Assembly (NCBI GenBank): GCA_030390025.1
Contig: CM059438.1
Span: 56,360,001-56,424,000, forward strand
DNA: 64,000 nt
Source of the DNA: Squalus acanthias
Lineage: Eukaryota
Direction of reading: 5' to 3'
Part shown: piece after piece, positions 36,581 to 49,249 of the stretch
Numbering within the stretch: position 1 is the stretch's first letter
How the letters are laid out: the number at the start of each line of letters is the position of its first letter
Translations under genes and position numbers: made by a program
Notes under the pieces: generated by a model
Seen by the model: only the letters and a program-made list of their open reading frames with translations
What the model was told of the DNA's origin: nothing
Databases searched by the model: none

Positions 36581-38575
36581 AAAGAAAGAAAGACTGACTT
36601 GCATTTATATAGCACCTTTCACGACCACCGGACATCCCAAAGCACTTTACAGCCAATGAAGTACAGTCATTGTTGTAATGTAGGAAACACAGCAGCCAAC
36701 TCCCACAAACAGCAATGTGATAATGACCAGATAATCTGTTTTTGTTATATTGATCGAGGGAGAAATATTGACCAGGACACCTCCCCTGCTCTTACATAGA
36801 TACATAGATACATAGAAGATAGGAGCAGGAGTAGGCCATCCGGCCCTTCGAGCCTGCTCCGCCATTTAATGAGATCATGGCTGATCCTTCAATTCAGTAT
36901 CCCGTCCCCGCCTTCTCTCCGTAACCCTTAACCCCTTTTGCCTGTAGAAATATATCTAATTCCCTCTTAAATATATTTAATGAGCTGGCGTACACTGCCC
37001 TCTGTGGCAATGAGTTCCACAGGTTCACCACTCTCTGAGTGAAGAAATTCCCCCTCATTTCTGTCCTAAATGGTTTAGCCCTTATCCTTAAATTATGTCC
37101 TCTAGTTCTGTTCTCACCCGCCAAGGGAAACATTCCTTCTGCATCTAATCTGTCTAGACCTGTCAGAATTTTATACACTTCTATGAGGTCCCCTCTCAAT
37201 CTTCTAAACTCCAGTGTGTACATCCCTAAACTACATAGTCTCTCCTCATAGGTCAATCCCGCCATTCCTGGTATCAGCCTGGTGAATCGCCGCTGCACCC
37301 CCTCCATGGCAAGAACATCTTTCCTCAGATGAGGCGACCAAAACTGTACACAGTACTCGAGGTGTGGTCTCACCAGTGCCCTGTACAGCTGCAGCAAGGT
37401 ATCCCTGTTCCTGTATTCCAACCCTTTTGCTATGAAGGCCAGCATACCGTTTGCCTTCTTGACCGCCTGTTGCACCTGCATGCTCGCCTTCAGTGACTGG
37501 TGTACAAGAACACCCAGGTCTCTCTGTACTTCCCCCTCTCCCAATTTATTGCCATTTAAATAATAATTTGCCCTCCCGTTCCTGCACCCAAGGTGGATAA
37601 CTTCGCACTTGTCCACATTATAGTGCATCTGCCATTTATCCGCCCAATCACCCAGTCTGTCCAAATCGCTCTGGAGCTTCCTGGTCTCCTCCTCTGAGCC
37701 CACCCCCCCTCCTAGTTTAGTGTCGTCTGCAAATTTGGAAATGCTGCATTCGACTCCCTGATCCAGGTCATTAATATAAATTGTGAACAGCTGGGGACCC
37801 AGGACAGATCCCTGTGGTACCCCACTTGTTACTGCCTGCCATTCAGAAAATGAGCCGTTTATTCCAACTCTCTGTTTTCTATCTGACAGCCAGTTCTCTA
37901 TCCACGTCAATACTTTCCCCTTTATCCCATGAGCTTCAATTTTCCATGCTAATCTTTTATGTGGGACCTTATCGAAGGCCTTTTGGAAGTCCAGGTACAC
38001 CACATCTACTGGCTCTCCCCCATCTATTTTACCAGTTACTCCCTCAAAAAATTCCAATAGATTAGTCAAGCACGATTTACCCTTTGTAAATCCATGTTGA
38101 CTCTGTCCTATCCTGTCCCCATTTGCTAAGTGCTCGGCTATTTCATCCTTAATGATGGACTCCAGCATTTTGCCCACAACTGATGTAAGGCTTACAGGTC
38201 TGTAATTACCTGCTTTTTCCCTACCCCCCTTTTTGAATAGTGGGGTAACGTTAGCTACCCTCCAATCCATGGGCACTGTTCCCGAGTCTAATGAATTCTG
38301 AAAAATCATGCTTAGTGCATCCGCTATCTCTAGGGCCACCTCCTTCAGTACCCTAGGATGCATGTTATCAGGCCCTGGGATCTTTTACATCCACCTGAGA
38401 GAGCAGACGGGGCCTCAGTTTAACATCTCATCCGAAAGATGGCACCTCCAACAGTGCAGCACTCCCTCAGTACTGCACGAGAGTGTCATATGCTCAAGTC
38501 CCTGGCGTGGGACTTGAACCCACAACCTTCATGACTCAGAGGTGAGTGTGCTACCCACTGAGCCACAGCTGACAC
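36581..38575 (-). mobile_element. tRNA-derived Deu-domain SINE, split by a CR1 insertion
   Basis: Minus strand: A box TGGCTCAGTGG, B box GGTTCAAGTCC, Deu-like core GTGCAGTACTGAGGGAGTGCTGCACTGTTGGAGGTGCC, and tail CTATATAAATGCAAGT..(CTTT)n. Confidence 0.8.
36793..38379 (-). mobile_element. 5'-truncated CR1, near-identical to 6047-7633; RT ORF 36894-38363
   Basis: The 489-aa ORF matches the C-terminal part of the 916-aa ORF except GLDR vs GQDR; same (TATGTATC)n tail. Confidence 0.97.
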
Positions 38576-40361
38576 ATAGCTAGCATGTGCTCATGTGAGG
38601 GGCACATTAGCTGCTCCATGCCGGTGGCCATCCTCTCCATGGAAGAGAACATTGTTGCCATGGTGGTGCTCATGTTGGAGATGCACTCCTCCATTCTCTG
38701 CACATTTGCAGACATCGCGGCTGCAAAACCTGCCAGAGCCTCATGCAATTGCTGCTGCCCCTCCAAGATCACCCTCTTTCTCGATGGTCTCCGAGGCTCA
38801 GTGTCTGCATGCAGCTCAGCAGAACTTGGAGCATCCTACACCCTCTGGCGAGGAGTCTCCACTGCTGTCCCTGTCAACACCATCTGCTCTTGCTCACTTG
38901 TGAAGTGAGACACCAGGGGACAACACTACTCTATCTCACATAGGACCCACCGAGGTTTGTGTATCTGCGCTGGGGCTGGGTGCGCTTGTGTCTGCTGACA
39001 CTGCACCCTCAGAGGCTGGAGGCTCCTCTGAGGAGTCGTCTTCCTCTTCTGGCTGGACAGTGGGGTGGGGGGGGGGGGCGCTTGATGAACCTGTGGGGGA
39101 GTAAAGAGATGAATTTGAAATGCTATATTAAGAATGGGTAATGATACCATTATGCGCATGATGAACATTCACTGGCTGCTGATATCAGTCACCATATGAG
39201 TGACTGCTGTATGCCATGTGGGTGTATGAGATGTAATTCTGTCACCAGGTTGCTGAGAGATCCCCATCTCTCTATCGCCCACCGCCAGCAGCTCTGCAAC
39301 TCTTGACACCTCCAGGGCCACCTCCTCTGCTGCAGTCAAATTACTGAAGACTGGAGCCCCACCTCCAGTTCTCCATCTCTCTCTGTTGTTGTGGGCTTTC
39401 TTCTCCTGCAAGGAGGGAAAGAAGAAAAGTTTGAGTGAGAAGGATGGAATGGGTGTAAGGAATGGATGGGCTACATCTGTAGAGGGTGACTATGAGGGAG
39501 TGGGGTGCCATTGCCAAATGGCCTCCTTCTGTGGTGTTACTTGCTATGATTGCATTAGGATGAGGGTGAGTGTCAGGGGTGGTTAGTCAGATGGGGATGT
39601 GAGTATGTACAGAGAGAGAGAGGGGGATGGGTGGACGTGCAAGGTATATTGGTGTGAGGAATGGTGTGCAGGAGTGGGCTTGGGAAGGCAGAGTGATGGG
39701 GATGTGATGAGAGGCAAAGCAGGATGAGGGTGAGTGTGGCTTTGCACTCACCTTTCCTGATCTCATCAGATCATTGAAGGGCTTCCTGCACTGTACCCAG
39801 GTCCTCCTGACCTCCTCAGCAATTTAGAGCCATACCCTTTTGGTCTCTTGGGAAGGTCTCTTCCACCCATCTGCAGGGAAGAGGACCTCGCTGCATACAA
39901 GAATATGTAGTGAGTCATCCAAAAACCAGGGTGCAGCCCTCTGTCTTTGGGAACTCATTTTTATAACTCTCAACAAGAACCCACTCCTTTACAATACTCC
40001 CTCCACAGTCCGACATGAACCTTCAAATGCGATGTGGCCAAGGCTGCTTTAAATATCCCCGCTGGAAATGATTAATCGATTACATCATCAGACCCGCACC
40101 ATTTAATAGGGTCGGCAAACACACGTGTCTCGTTCAATAGGGGCCATTAATTGAAAGTCGCTGTTCACATCTTCGGGCTCCCGGCCCACTATGCGGCCCG
40201 CACCCACGCAACCCTGCTCCAAGGTAAAAATTCCAGCCAGTGCATGGGAGGAGTGGGGTGAATGGACTAAGTTACAGATTTGTTAGTCCACGCTCTTTTT
40301 GTTCTGATATTAGGTTCCTGAGGCTGCCATCCTATCCACCTCACTCCCTTCTGGTTCTTGC

Positions 40362-40460
40362 GCACTAATGCAGCTCTTGCACACTAATGCAGTTCCTCCA
40401 CTAATGCAGCTCCTGCTCACTAATGCAGATCCAGTGCACAAACGCAGCTCCCATGCACTT
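40362..40460. repeat. Short minisatellite of about 20 bp (CACTAATGCAGCTCC..), resuming after the CR1 at about 43628
   Basis: About five CTAATGCAG-type units, plus one more unit after the CR1 tail. Confidence 0.7.
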
Positions 40461-43400
40461 ATTTGCAGTAATAGTGTGGAGGACGAATTAATGGAATGTA
40501 TGCAAGATAGTTTTCTAGATCAGTATGTTGAGGAACTAACTAGGGAACAGGCTATTTTAGATCTAGTACTGTGAAACGAGAAAGGGTTAATTAATAACCT
40601 TGTAGTAAAGGGGCCTTTAGGGTAGAGTGACCATAATACGATAGAATTTTATATTGAGTTTGAAAGTGATTTAGTTAAATCCGAAACTAGGGTCTTAAAT
40701 CTAAACAAAGAAAACTACGTAGGTATGAGAGGTGAGTTGGCTAAGGTAGATTGGGAAACTACATTAAAAGGTATGATGGTAGACAAGCAATGGCTAGCAT
40801 TTAAAGAATTAATACATAATTTAAAACAAATATACATTCCTTTAAGGCACAAAAACCCCACAGGAAAAGTGGACCAACCATGGATAACAAGAGAAGTTAA
40901 AGATAGTATTAGATCAAAGGAAGAGGCTTATAATGTTGCCAAATAGAGTAGTAAGCCTGAGGATTGGGAGGATTTTAGAATTCAGCAAAGGAGGGCCAAG
41001 AAATTGATAAAGAAAAGGAAAATAGAATATGAGAGTAAACTAGCGAGAGACATAAAAACAGACTGTAAAAGCTTCTATAGGTATGTAAAAAGGAAAAGAT
41101 TAGTGAAAGTAAATGTGGGCCCCTTACAGGCTGAGACAGGAGAAATTATAATGGGGAATAAGGAAATGTCAGAGAAATTAAACAAATACTTTGGGCTGGA
41201 TTTTCATTGACTCGTGGAGGTGGGTTTGGAGGCATGTGGGGGGTTAAAATTGCTAAAACTGGCGGGCGGGCACAAGCCCGCCTCCATCCCGCCTCCACGC
41301 AATTTTCATTAAATCGTGTCTGCTGGTCCCGACTCCGTCCCGCCTTTAAGAGGCAGGATAGGCTGTTAAGGCCCTTAACAAGCACTAAATTGCCTCTATA
41401 ATGCCATTTTGAAAGGCCTTTGTGATTTTAACTCCTTTTCTACGTGAAGCACGCCTGTTCTGAACCACGAATGTGAAACCTGGCGGGAGCACATCTGGCT
41501 GGCTGGCTGGCTGGCGGGAGCACATTTGGCTGGCTGGCTGGCTGGCTGGGAGTGGTGGTGGATGGATGACATATCTGGGAGTGGTGGTGGATGGGAGACA
41601 TATCTGGGAGTGGTGGTGCAAAAATATCTGGGAGCAGACTTAGGGCTGCTGCTGCTCATTTTGCATCCAGGTCCTCTCACAGCAAAGGCCAGGCAGTCTT
41701 AGCAGACCTTTAATGCAGCAGCAATGATGACATCATCAGAGGTGACTTTCAGACTGAAAACACTAATTGGTTCATGGGTTCCCACATGCTGGAACTCAAT
41801 TGCCCAATTAGGTGAAAAACGCATCAATCTCCCACATCCAATTGCAGTCGGGTGGATAACACGACCCCAACCCGCCCCAGTATCAAAATCCAGCCCTTTG
41901 TGTCTGTCTTCATGGAAGAAGTCGCAAAAAACTTCCCGGAAATAGTGGAGAACCAAGGCTCTAGTGAGAATTAGGAACTGAAAGAAATTAGTATTCGTAA
42001 AAAAAATAGTACTGGAGAAATTAATGGGACTGAAAGCTAATAAATCCCCTGGACCTGATGGCCTACCTCCTAGGGTTTTGAAAGAGGTGGCTATAGAGAT
42101 AATGGATGCATCGTTCGTCATTTTCCAAAGTTCCATAGATTCAAGAACGGTTCCCACGGATTGGAAGGTAGCAAATGTAACCCCACTATTTAAGAAAGGA
42201 GGGAGAGAGAAAACAGGACCTACAGACCAGTTAGCCTGGCATCAGTAGTAGGGAAAATGCTAGAATCTATTATTAAGGACATGGTAACAGGGCACTTAGA
42301 AAATAATAATAATATTAGGCAGAATCGACACGAATTTATGAAAGGGAAATCGTGTTTGACGAATCTGTTAGTGTTTTTTGAGATTGTAACTAGCAGAATA
42401 GATAAGGGGGAACCAGTGGATGTGGTGTATTTGGATTTTCAGAAGGCATTCGATAAGGTGCCACACAAGAGGTTATTAAACAAAATTAGGGCTCATGGGA
42501 TTGGGGGTAATATACTAGCATGGATTGAGGATTGGTTAACGGACAGAAAACAGAGAGTAGGAATAAACGGGTCATTTTTGGGTTGGCAGGCTGTAACTAG
42601 TGGGCTACTGCAAAGATCAGTGCTTCGGCCTCAACTATTCACAATCTACATCAATGATTTGGATGAGGGGACCAAATGTAATATATCCAAGTTTGCTGAT
42701 GATACAAAGCTAGGTGGGAATGTAAGTTGTGAGGAGGATGCAAAGAGGCTTCAAGGGGGATATAGACAAGCTAAGTGAGTGGGCAACAACATGGCAAATG
42801 GAATAAAATGTGGAGAAATGTGAAGTTATCCACTTTGGTAGGAAAAATAGAAAAGCAGAGTATTTTTCAAATGGTGAGAGATTGGGAAATGTTGGTGTTC
42901 AGAGGGACCTGGGTGTCCTTGTACACGAATCATTGAAAGTTAACATACAGGTACAGCAAGCAATTAGGAAAGCAAATGGTATGTTGGCCTTTATTACAGG
43001 AGGATTTGAGTATAAAAGTAAAGACGTCTTACTGCAATTATACAGGGCCCTGGTGAGACCACACCTGGAGTATTGTGTACAGTTTTGGTCTCCTTACCTA
43101 AGGAAAGCGATACTTGCCATAGAGGGAGTGCAACAAAGGTTCACCAGACTGGTTCCTGGGATGGGGGAATTGTCCTATGAGGAGAGATTGAGTAGACTAG
43201 GCCTATATTCTCAAGAGTTTAGAAGAATGAGAGGTGATCTCATTGAAACATACAAAATTCTTACAGGGCTTGACAGGGTAGATGCAGGGAGGATGTTTCC
43301 CCTGGCTGGGAGTCTAGAGCCATGGGTCACAGTCTCAGAATAAGGGGTCGGCCATTTAGGACTGAGATGAGGAGAAATGTCTTCACTCAGAGGGTGGTGA

Positions 43401-43628
43401 ATCTTTGGAATTCTCTACCCCAGAGGGCTGTGGAGGCTCAGTCGTTGAGTATATTCAAGACAGAGATCGATAGATTTTTGGATATTAAGGGAATCAAGGG
43501 ATATGATGATAGTGCAGGAAAGTGGAGTTGAGGTAGAAGATCAGCCATGATCTTATTGAATGGCGGAGCAGGCTCCAGGGACCAAATGGCCAACACCTGC
43601 TCCTATTTCTTATGTTCTTATGTTCTTC
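40461..43628 (+). mobile_element. Degenerate 5'-truncated CR1 with (TTCTTATG)n tail
   Basis: ORF fragments 40368-43531 with CR1 APE end, RT (FADD) and C-terminal motifs; several stops and frameshifts. Confidence 0.95.
41193..41896. mobile_element. 704-bp Harbinger-type MITE
   Basis: TIRs GGGCTGGATTTT/AAAATCCAGCCC; 3-bp TSD TTT; interrupts the CR1 sequence AAATACTTT|GTGTCTGTC. Confidence 0.88.
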
Positions 43629-43789
43629 TAATGCAGCTCCCGTGCATGGAACAGGTCCATATTCTTGTGCAATCATCTCTTGGCCTGGAGCCATTCCTTA
43701 TGTTGTCCACAGTCTGCTATGTGCTGTGAGCTCTTGCTGCTCCCCTAAACCTGCTACCTCACATCTCAACCTCTGTTTCTGCAACCCCA

Positions 43790-46720
43790 TTCAAATTCTA
43801 CCATTTAGTTCACATTACTGCTTCTCATTCTTCCTACCAAAATGTATCACTTCACACTTATCTGTGTTCATTTCATCCGCCACATGTCTGCCCATTTCAC
43901 CAGTCTGTCTATGACCTCCTGAAGTCTGTCACTATCCTCCTCATTGTTTGCTACATTTCTGAGTTTTGTATCATCTGCAAACTTTGAAATGATGCCCTGT
44001 ATACCCAAGTCCAGGTCATTAATATATATTGTAAGGGGTATCTTAATGGGGTCAGCCTTCGCTTTCTGACACAGTGAGCGGTTCGAATCGCTCCCACACC
44101 CCTCCGGTTCCTAGAGTTTGGGCTTATTTAGGGGTTGTGAACAAAATTGCAATAAACAGGTTCTGATGAAAGAATTTTACTTTATTAAAAGAAAAAGGTA
44201 ACAAACTTGAAACACACTTATTACTTAAACACAGATTCGGGGAACACACGGTACAAGCGAGGGAAATGACAATATATCAAACAAAACCTTATCCCTCCCA
44301 AAGATCCCACTATCTGGCTAGGTTTTTGGTTTCAGGAGATCAGGGATAATGCTCACCAACGAATCCTTGACAGGATATTAGAGTCTTTTGTTTAAAAGGA
44401 CTCCGTAAGGCCCTTGTTGCTGCGAGGTGTCTGATGGTCACTGAGGTAGTCGCTCTGGTTTCTTTTTGCGTGCTGGCCTTCTTCCTCGTGGCTTGTGGTA
44501 GGTTTTGCTGGAGCAGGGAGAGAGCTGTGTCCGCGTCGTCAGCCAGTCCGAAAGAGAAGAGAGATTATGGCACAGGCTCTCAAATTATACTGTTTCTTTT
44601 TCGCGCCCAAAAAACCCCTACTAAAACGAATTCCTTTTAATTGTAAATGAACCTTGCTTAGTCCAATTGTTAGTTTTTGGCAGGCTTGCCAGTTCCGAGG
44701 GTTTTTGCTTAGTGTTAAACATGTCTTGATCGTTTTCCGATTTAAACACAGCCTTATCTACATGCCAAATCTCCACCCTATTGTCCTAGGTCTGTTGGCG
44801 GGCTTTTAAATCTGTTCTGTGGATACCTGGTTGATTGGTTTTTTTGATGGGATAATGGCTATGAAACTGTGTGATCGAAGTTATATTGTCATTGAATCGT
44901 TTTTAGATTTCCAGCATCTTGTTTGCCCCTGGGGATCCATATTTGAATGTGTTTGTGAGTTTTTGCTTTGTCTCAAACAATTCCCAGACAGCTTGATCTG
45001 TTCACTGCCTGGCCACGCCCCTCGCAGCTTGTGTCTGTGAAAAGGTGTCTCTCTCAACAGTAAGATTCAAAAAAATCAGTTTCCTCAGGTTTTTCTTCCC
45101 TGATCTTTAGGTTTTTACATCAAATCACTTCACTTAGGCCCCATCATCCCAAGTTTGTATGAAAAGTCCAAAAATCACTCCCTTTAGGGCTCTGTTTGAG
45201 TTTCTGGGGGATTTTGCGAAGCCTACAATATCAAAAAGAGCAGTGGTCCCAACACCGACCCCTGGGGAACACCACTGTACACTTCCCTCCAGTCTGAAAC
45301 ACAACCGTTCACCACTACTCTCTGCTTTCTGTCCCTAAGCCAATTTCGTATCCATACTGCTATTGCCCCTTTAATCCCATGGGCTTTAATTTTTCTAACA
45401 AGTCAATTATGCAGTACTTTATCAAACGCCCTTTGAAAGTCCATATACACAACATCAACTGCACTACCCTCATCAACCCTCATCAAAGAACTGAATCAAG
45501 TTAGTTAAAAACGATTTGCCTTTAACAAGTCTCTGCTGGCTTTCATTTATTAACCCATATTTTTCCAAATGAAAATTAATTTTGTCCCAGATTAAAAGTT
45601 TCTGCACCACCGATGTTAGGCTGACTGGCCTGTAGTTGCCGGGTTTATCCCTCTCCCCGTTTTTAAACAGGGGTGTAACATTTTCAATCCTCCAGTCCTC
45701 TGGCACCACCTCCATATCCAAGGAGGATTGGAAGATTGTGGCCGGAGCCTTCGCTATCTCCACCCTTACTTCCCTCAGTAACCTAGGATGCATCCCATCC
45801 GGCCCAGGTGACTTTTCTAGTTTGAGTGCTGTCAACCTTTTAAGTACCTCCTCTTTATCTATTTCTATCCTATCCAATATTGCTACTGCCTCCTCCTTTA
45901 CTGTGACACTGGCAGCATCCTCTTCTCGAGTGAAGACAGATGCAAAGTCCTCATTCTGCAAGAAGATCTCCTTTTTGGTACCTAATCGGCCCCACCTTTC
46001 CTTTGACTACCCTTTTACTATTTATGTGTTTATAAAAGACTTTTGGGTTCCCGTCTATATTATCCACCAATCTATTCTTATACACTCTCTTTGCCCCTCT
46101 TATTTCCTTTCACAGATCTCCTCTGTACTTGCTGTATTCAGCTTGGTTCTCTACTATACTATGAGCCTGACAAATATTATAAGCCTTTTACTGCTTCATT
46201 TTAATCATATATGTTTGGTCATCCAGGGAGCTCCAGCTTTGGATGGACTTCCTTTCCCCTTGTGGGAATGTGTCTGGTCTGTACCCGAACTATCTCCTCT
46301 TTGAAGGCCTCCCAGTGCTCATTTACTGTTTCACCTGCTAATCTTTGATTCCAATCCACCTGGGCCAGATCCCTTTCAACTCACTGAAGTTAGCCCGCCT
46401 CTAGTTGAGTATTTTCGCATTTTATTTTTCCTTGTCCTTTTCCGTAACTACTCTAAACCTAATGATATTGTGATTAGTGTTTCCCAAATGCTCCCCCACT
46501 GTAGCATACTCCACTCGCCCCACTTCATTCCCCAGAACTAGATCCAGTCTGCTTCCTTCCTCATTGGGCTGGACACACACTGATCAAGAAAGTTCTCCTG
46601 TACACATTTCAGGAATTCCACCCCCTCGCTGCCCTTTACACTGTTACTATCCCAGTCTATATTAGGATAATTGAAGTCCCCCATTATCACTACTCTGCAG
46701 TTCTTGCATCTTTCTGAAAT
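43790..46720 (-). mobile_element. Degenerate CR1, same subfamily as 1-2545
   Basis: Colinear similarity to 110-2210; ORF 45473-45961 has KSPGPDGMHPR and NYRPVSLTSVV. Confidence 0.92.
44030..45227. mobile_element. Solo LTR of about 1.2 kb
   Basis: TGTA...TACA termini; 4-bp TSD ATAT (44026-44029 and 45228-45231); interrupts CR1 TAATATATAT|CAAAAAGAGC (intact site at 341-360). Confidence 0.85.
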
Positions 46721-47289
46721 AAAACACAAGAGCTTGACTTCTATGACAATAAAAGGCGGAGCGATAAAATAAATCTCATTGTGCGTCTTTCCTTTCCCCT
46801 TGGACAAGTCTCCGTTCACTGGAGTGCGAGGCCCATTCAGAGAGCTCGCAGGGCCTGCATCAGCAGAGAGGCTGGTGCCACAGCAGGGCTCAGTCAGACT
46901 GGCACTCTATGCATGAAGGCAGGCTGTCAGTCAGAGGCAAACAGCCATATGCTTGCTGGCATGGGTCCTGAGTATTCCCAGGCAGCTCCTGAAAACTTGT
47001 GCCAAAACATATTAAACTGTCAGCAGGAGATCATTAGGAGCGGGGCCTGATTGATTAAACGAGCAGCTCTAAAGAGTCCCTCCCTGGCAGGCAAATCATC
47101 ATTTTATAGGCCCCGGTTGATGGGAAGGCACGAGTGGAGAAATGAAATGGTGCGAGAGGCTTCGGGCGGGGAGGGAGGGGGTGGTCCCGCAGAGCTGGAA
47201 TGTTCCACAGTATCCCGTGATTCTACAAGCACGAGGCTGTATCGATGGAGTGCTCCAGCCCCTCACAACAAGCTGTGAAAAGCAGAACC

Positions 47290-47705
47290 GAAGCACTGGA
47301 GAAGGTGCAAAAAAAGGATGATTCCAGAACTGAGAGGTTATAACGATCAGGAAAGATTGAACAGGCTGGGATTCTTTCCCTCAAAAAGAGAAGGCTGAGG
47401 GGTGACCTGATAGAGGTCTTTAAAATTATGAAAAAGTTTTGATAGGGTAGATGTAGAGAAGATGTTTCCACTTGTGGGTAGACGAAAACTAGGAGCCTTA
47501 AATATAAGAGAGTGGTGAGAATGTGGAACTCGCTACCACAGGCAGTGGTTGAGGCGAAGAGCAGAGATGCATTTAAGGGGAGAAAGGAATAGAAGGATAT
47601 GCTGATAGGGTGGGATGAAGTGGGGTGGGAGGAGGCTCGAGTGGAGCATAAACACTGGCACGGACCTGTTGGGTCAAAGGGTCTGTTTCTGTGCTGAAGG
47701 TTCTA
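47290..47705 (+). mobile_element. Old CR1 3' fragment
   Basis: RRLRGDLIEVFKIM, RVVRMWNSLPQAVVEA and a 3' UTR-like end. Confidence 0.85.
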
Positions 47706-47809
47706 TTGAACAGGCTATCGGGGGGCAGTGAACAGATCGGGAAATGTTTGGTACTAATTTGTAAATTTTAAGTATAACACCTGTTTGCTAATTCTAATGA
47801 AAAGTATTA

Positions 47810-48165
47810 CATTACTGGATTAATAATCCAGAGATCAGGCTCAAGTCCCACCCCAGCGGTTAGAGGATTTGAATTCAGTTTCAAAAATCTGGAAATAAAA
47901 AGCTGGTATCAGTAAAAGTCACAATGAAGCTGTCGGATTGTCGTAAAAAACCCATCTAATGTCCTTTAGGGAAGGAAACCTGTTGTCCTTACCCAGTCTG
48001 GCCTGTAAGTGACTCCAGTCCCACACCAATGTGGTTGACTCTTAACTGCCCTCTGAAATGGCCCCTCAGTCGTATCAAACCTCCGACCGCCAGTTCAAGA
48101 AGAAGGCCCACCACCACCTCCTCAGTGCAACTCGAGCAGGGCGATAAATTTCAGCGATGCCCACG
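47810..48165 (+). mobile_element. Degenerate tRNA-derived SINE (family not assigned)
   Basis: B-box-like GCTCAAGTCCC, followed by a body recalled as a common fish/shark interspersed repeat; recognition from memory only. Confidence 0.5.
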
Positions 48166-48184
48166 CCACGAGCACTGGTCTGTT

Positions 48185-49090
48185 ACACAGGGACAGGAGG
48201 AGGCCCATCAGCCCCTCCAGCCTGGGCCAGCTCTCTGAATGAACTATCCTCTTAGTCCCACTCTCCTGCCTTTTTCCCAGAACCATTTTAATTTTTCTTT
48301 TTCAAATATTTATCCAATTCCCTGGTTAAAAGCTGTTCTGGATCTTGCTTCCCTCACTGTTTCTGGTCGGCCATTCCACATCCTAACAACCCTCTGTGTG
48401 AAAAGAGTTCTCCAACCCTATCCCTTTGGATGAAGACCTTAAATTGATGCCCTCTCGTTACCGACTCACTGACCGGTGGAAAGAGTTTTTCCCCCAATAC
48501 CCTTTCAAAACTCTTCATTATTTTGAACCCCTCTATCAGATCTCTTACCACCTTCTCTGATCTAATAAAATCTCCCCATTTCCTAGTCTTGCCTCATAAT
48601 TAAAGCCTCTCATTGCTGGGGGTGTCTCAGTGAATCTCTTCTGCACCCTCTCCTTAACATCCTTCCTAAAGTGAGGAAACCATACTAGACCCAATATTCT
48701 AACTCGATAGCAAAATACTGCAGATGCTGGAAATCCGAAATAACAACAGAAAATGCTGGAAAAACTCAGCAGGCCAGGCAGCATCTGTGGAGAGAGAAAC
48801 AGAGTTAACGTTTCAGGTCGAAGACCTTTCGTCAGATGAAAGGTCTTCAACCTGAAACGTTAACTCTGTTTCTCTCTCCACGGATGCTGCCTGGCCTGCT
48901 GAGTTTTTCCAGCATTTTCTGTTGTTATTTCCAATATTCTAACTGTTGTCCAACCAATGATCTGTATAGGTTTTGCATTCCCTCTTTACTCTGCATCCCT
49001 ATTTATAAAATCGAGGATCCCACAGGTTCACAAGCTTGTCCTCCCACTTTTAAAAGTTTGTGTATGTGAATCCCTCGGGCTCTCTGCTCC
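48185..49090 (-). mobile_element. Old CR1 3' fragment, interrupted by the Penelope palindrome
   Basis: RDLIEGFKIMKSF, TRGHQFK and WFPHFRKDV motifs on the minus strand. Confidence 0.8.
48705..48930. mobile_element. Palindromic Penelope-derived mini-element with two hammerhead-like cores
   Basis: Inverted arms 48738-48833 and 48835-48930 (3 mismatches); 14-bp TSD CCAATATTCTAACT (48691-48704 and 48931-48944). Confidence 0.85.
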
Positions 49091-49249
49091 TACATGTTTA
49101 ACGGGTTTGGCTCACCCCAGTGCGTTGTGAATCTCTCGGGGTTGCCTGTGGAAGTTGCTGCAGTTACAATTCAGATTTCTCTTCACAATCTGTGTTCAAG
49201 TTCACCGTTCGAAACAGCTTCCATGGCCAGCCCCTTCCCCCAGAACCAA

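Larger units (their letters stand above)
36137..39958 (-). pseudogene. Harbinger Myb/SANT-like DNA-binding protein gene (3 exons, disrupted)
   Basis: Exon 1 39958-39752 (RAAPWFLDDSL..WL*IAEEV..RTWVQCRKPFNDL|gtgag); exon 2 39405-39246 (EKKAHNNRERWRTGGG); exon 3 from 39090, ending in the basic RRSTHKRKK segment; stops and a SINE/CR1 insertion. Confidence 0.8.
29680..40238. mobile_element. Two-gene PIF/Harbinger DNA transposon (decayed), hosting Gypsy, SINE and CR1 insertions
   Basis: Convergent transposase (+) and Myb/SANT gene (-). Right end AAAATTCCAGCC resembles the GGGCTGGATTTT TIR. Left end uncertain (29680 or 28823). Confidence 0.8.

Noticed and set aside
46730..47280. Possible MITE remnant
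   Set aside because: Composition resembles the Harbinger-derived elements, but no TIR pair or TSD could be identified.
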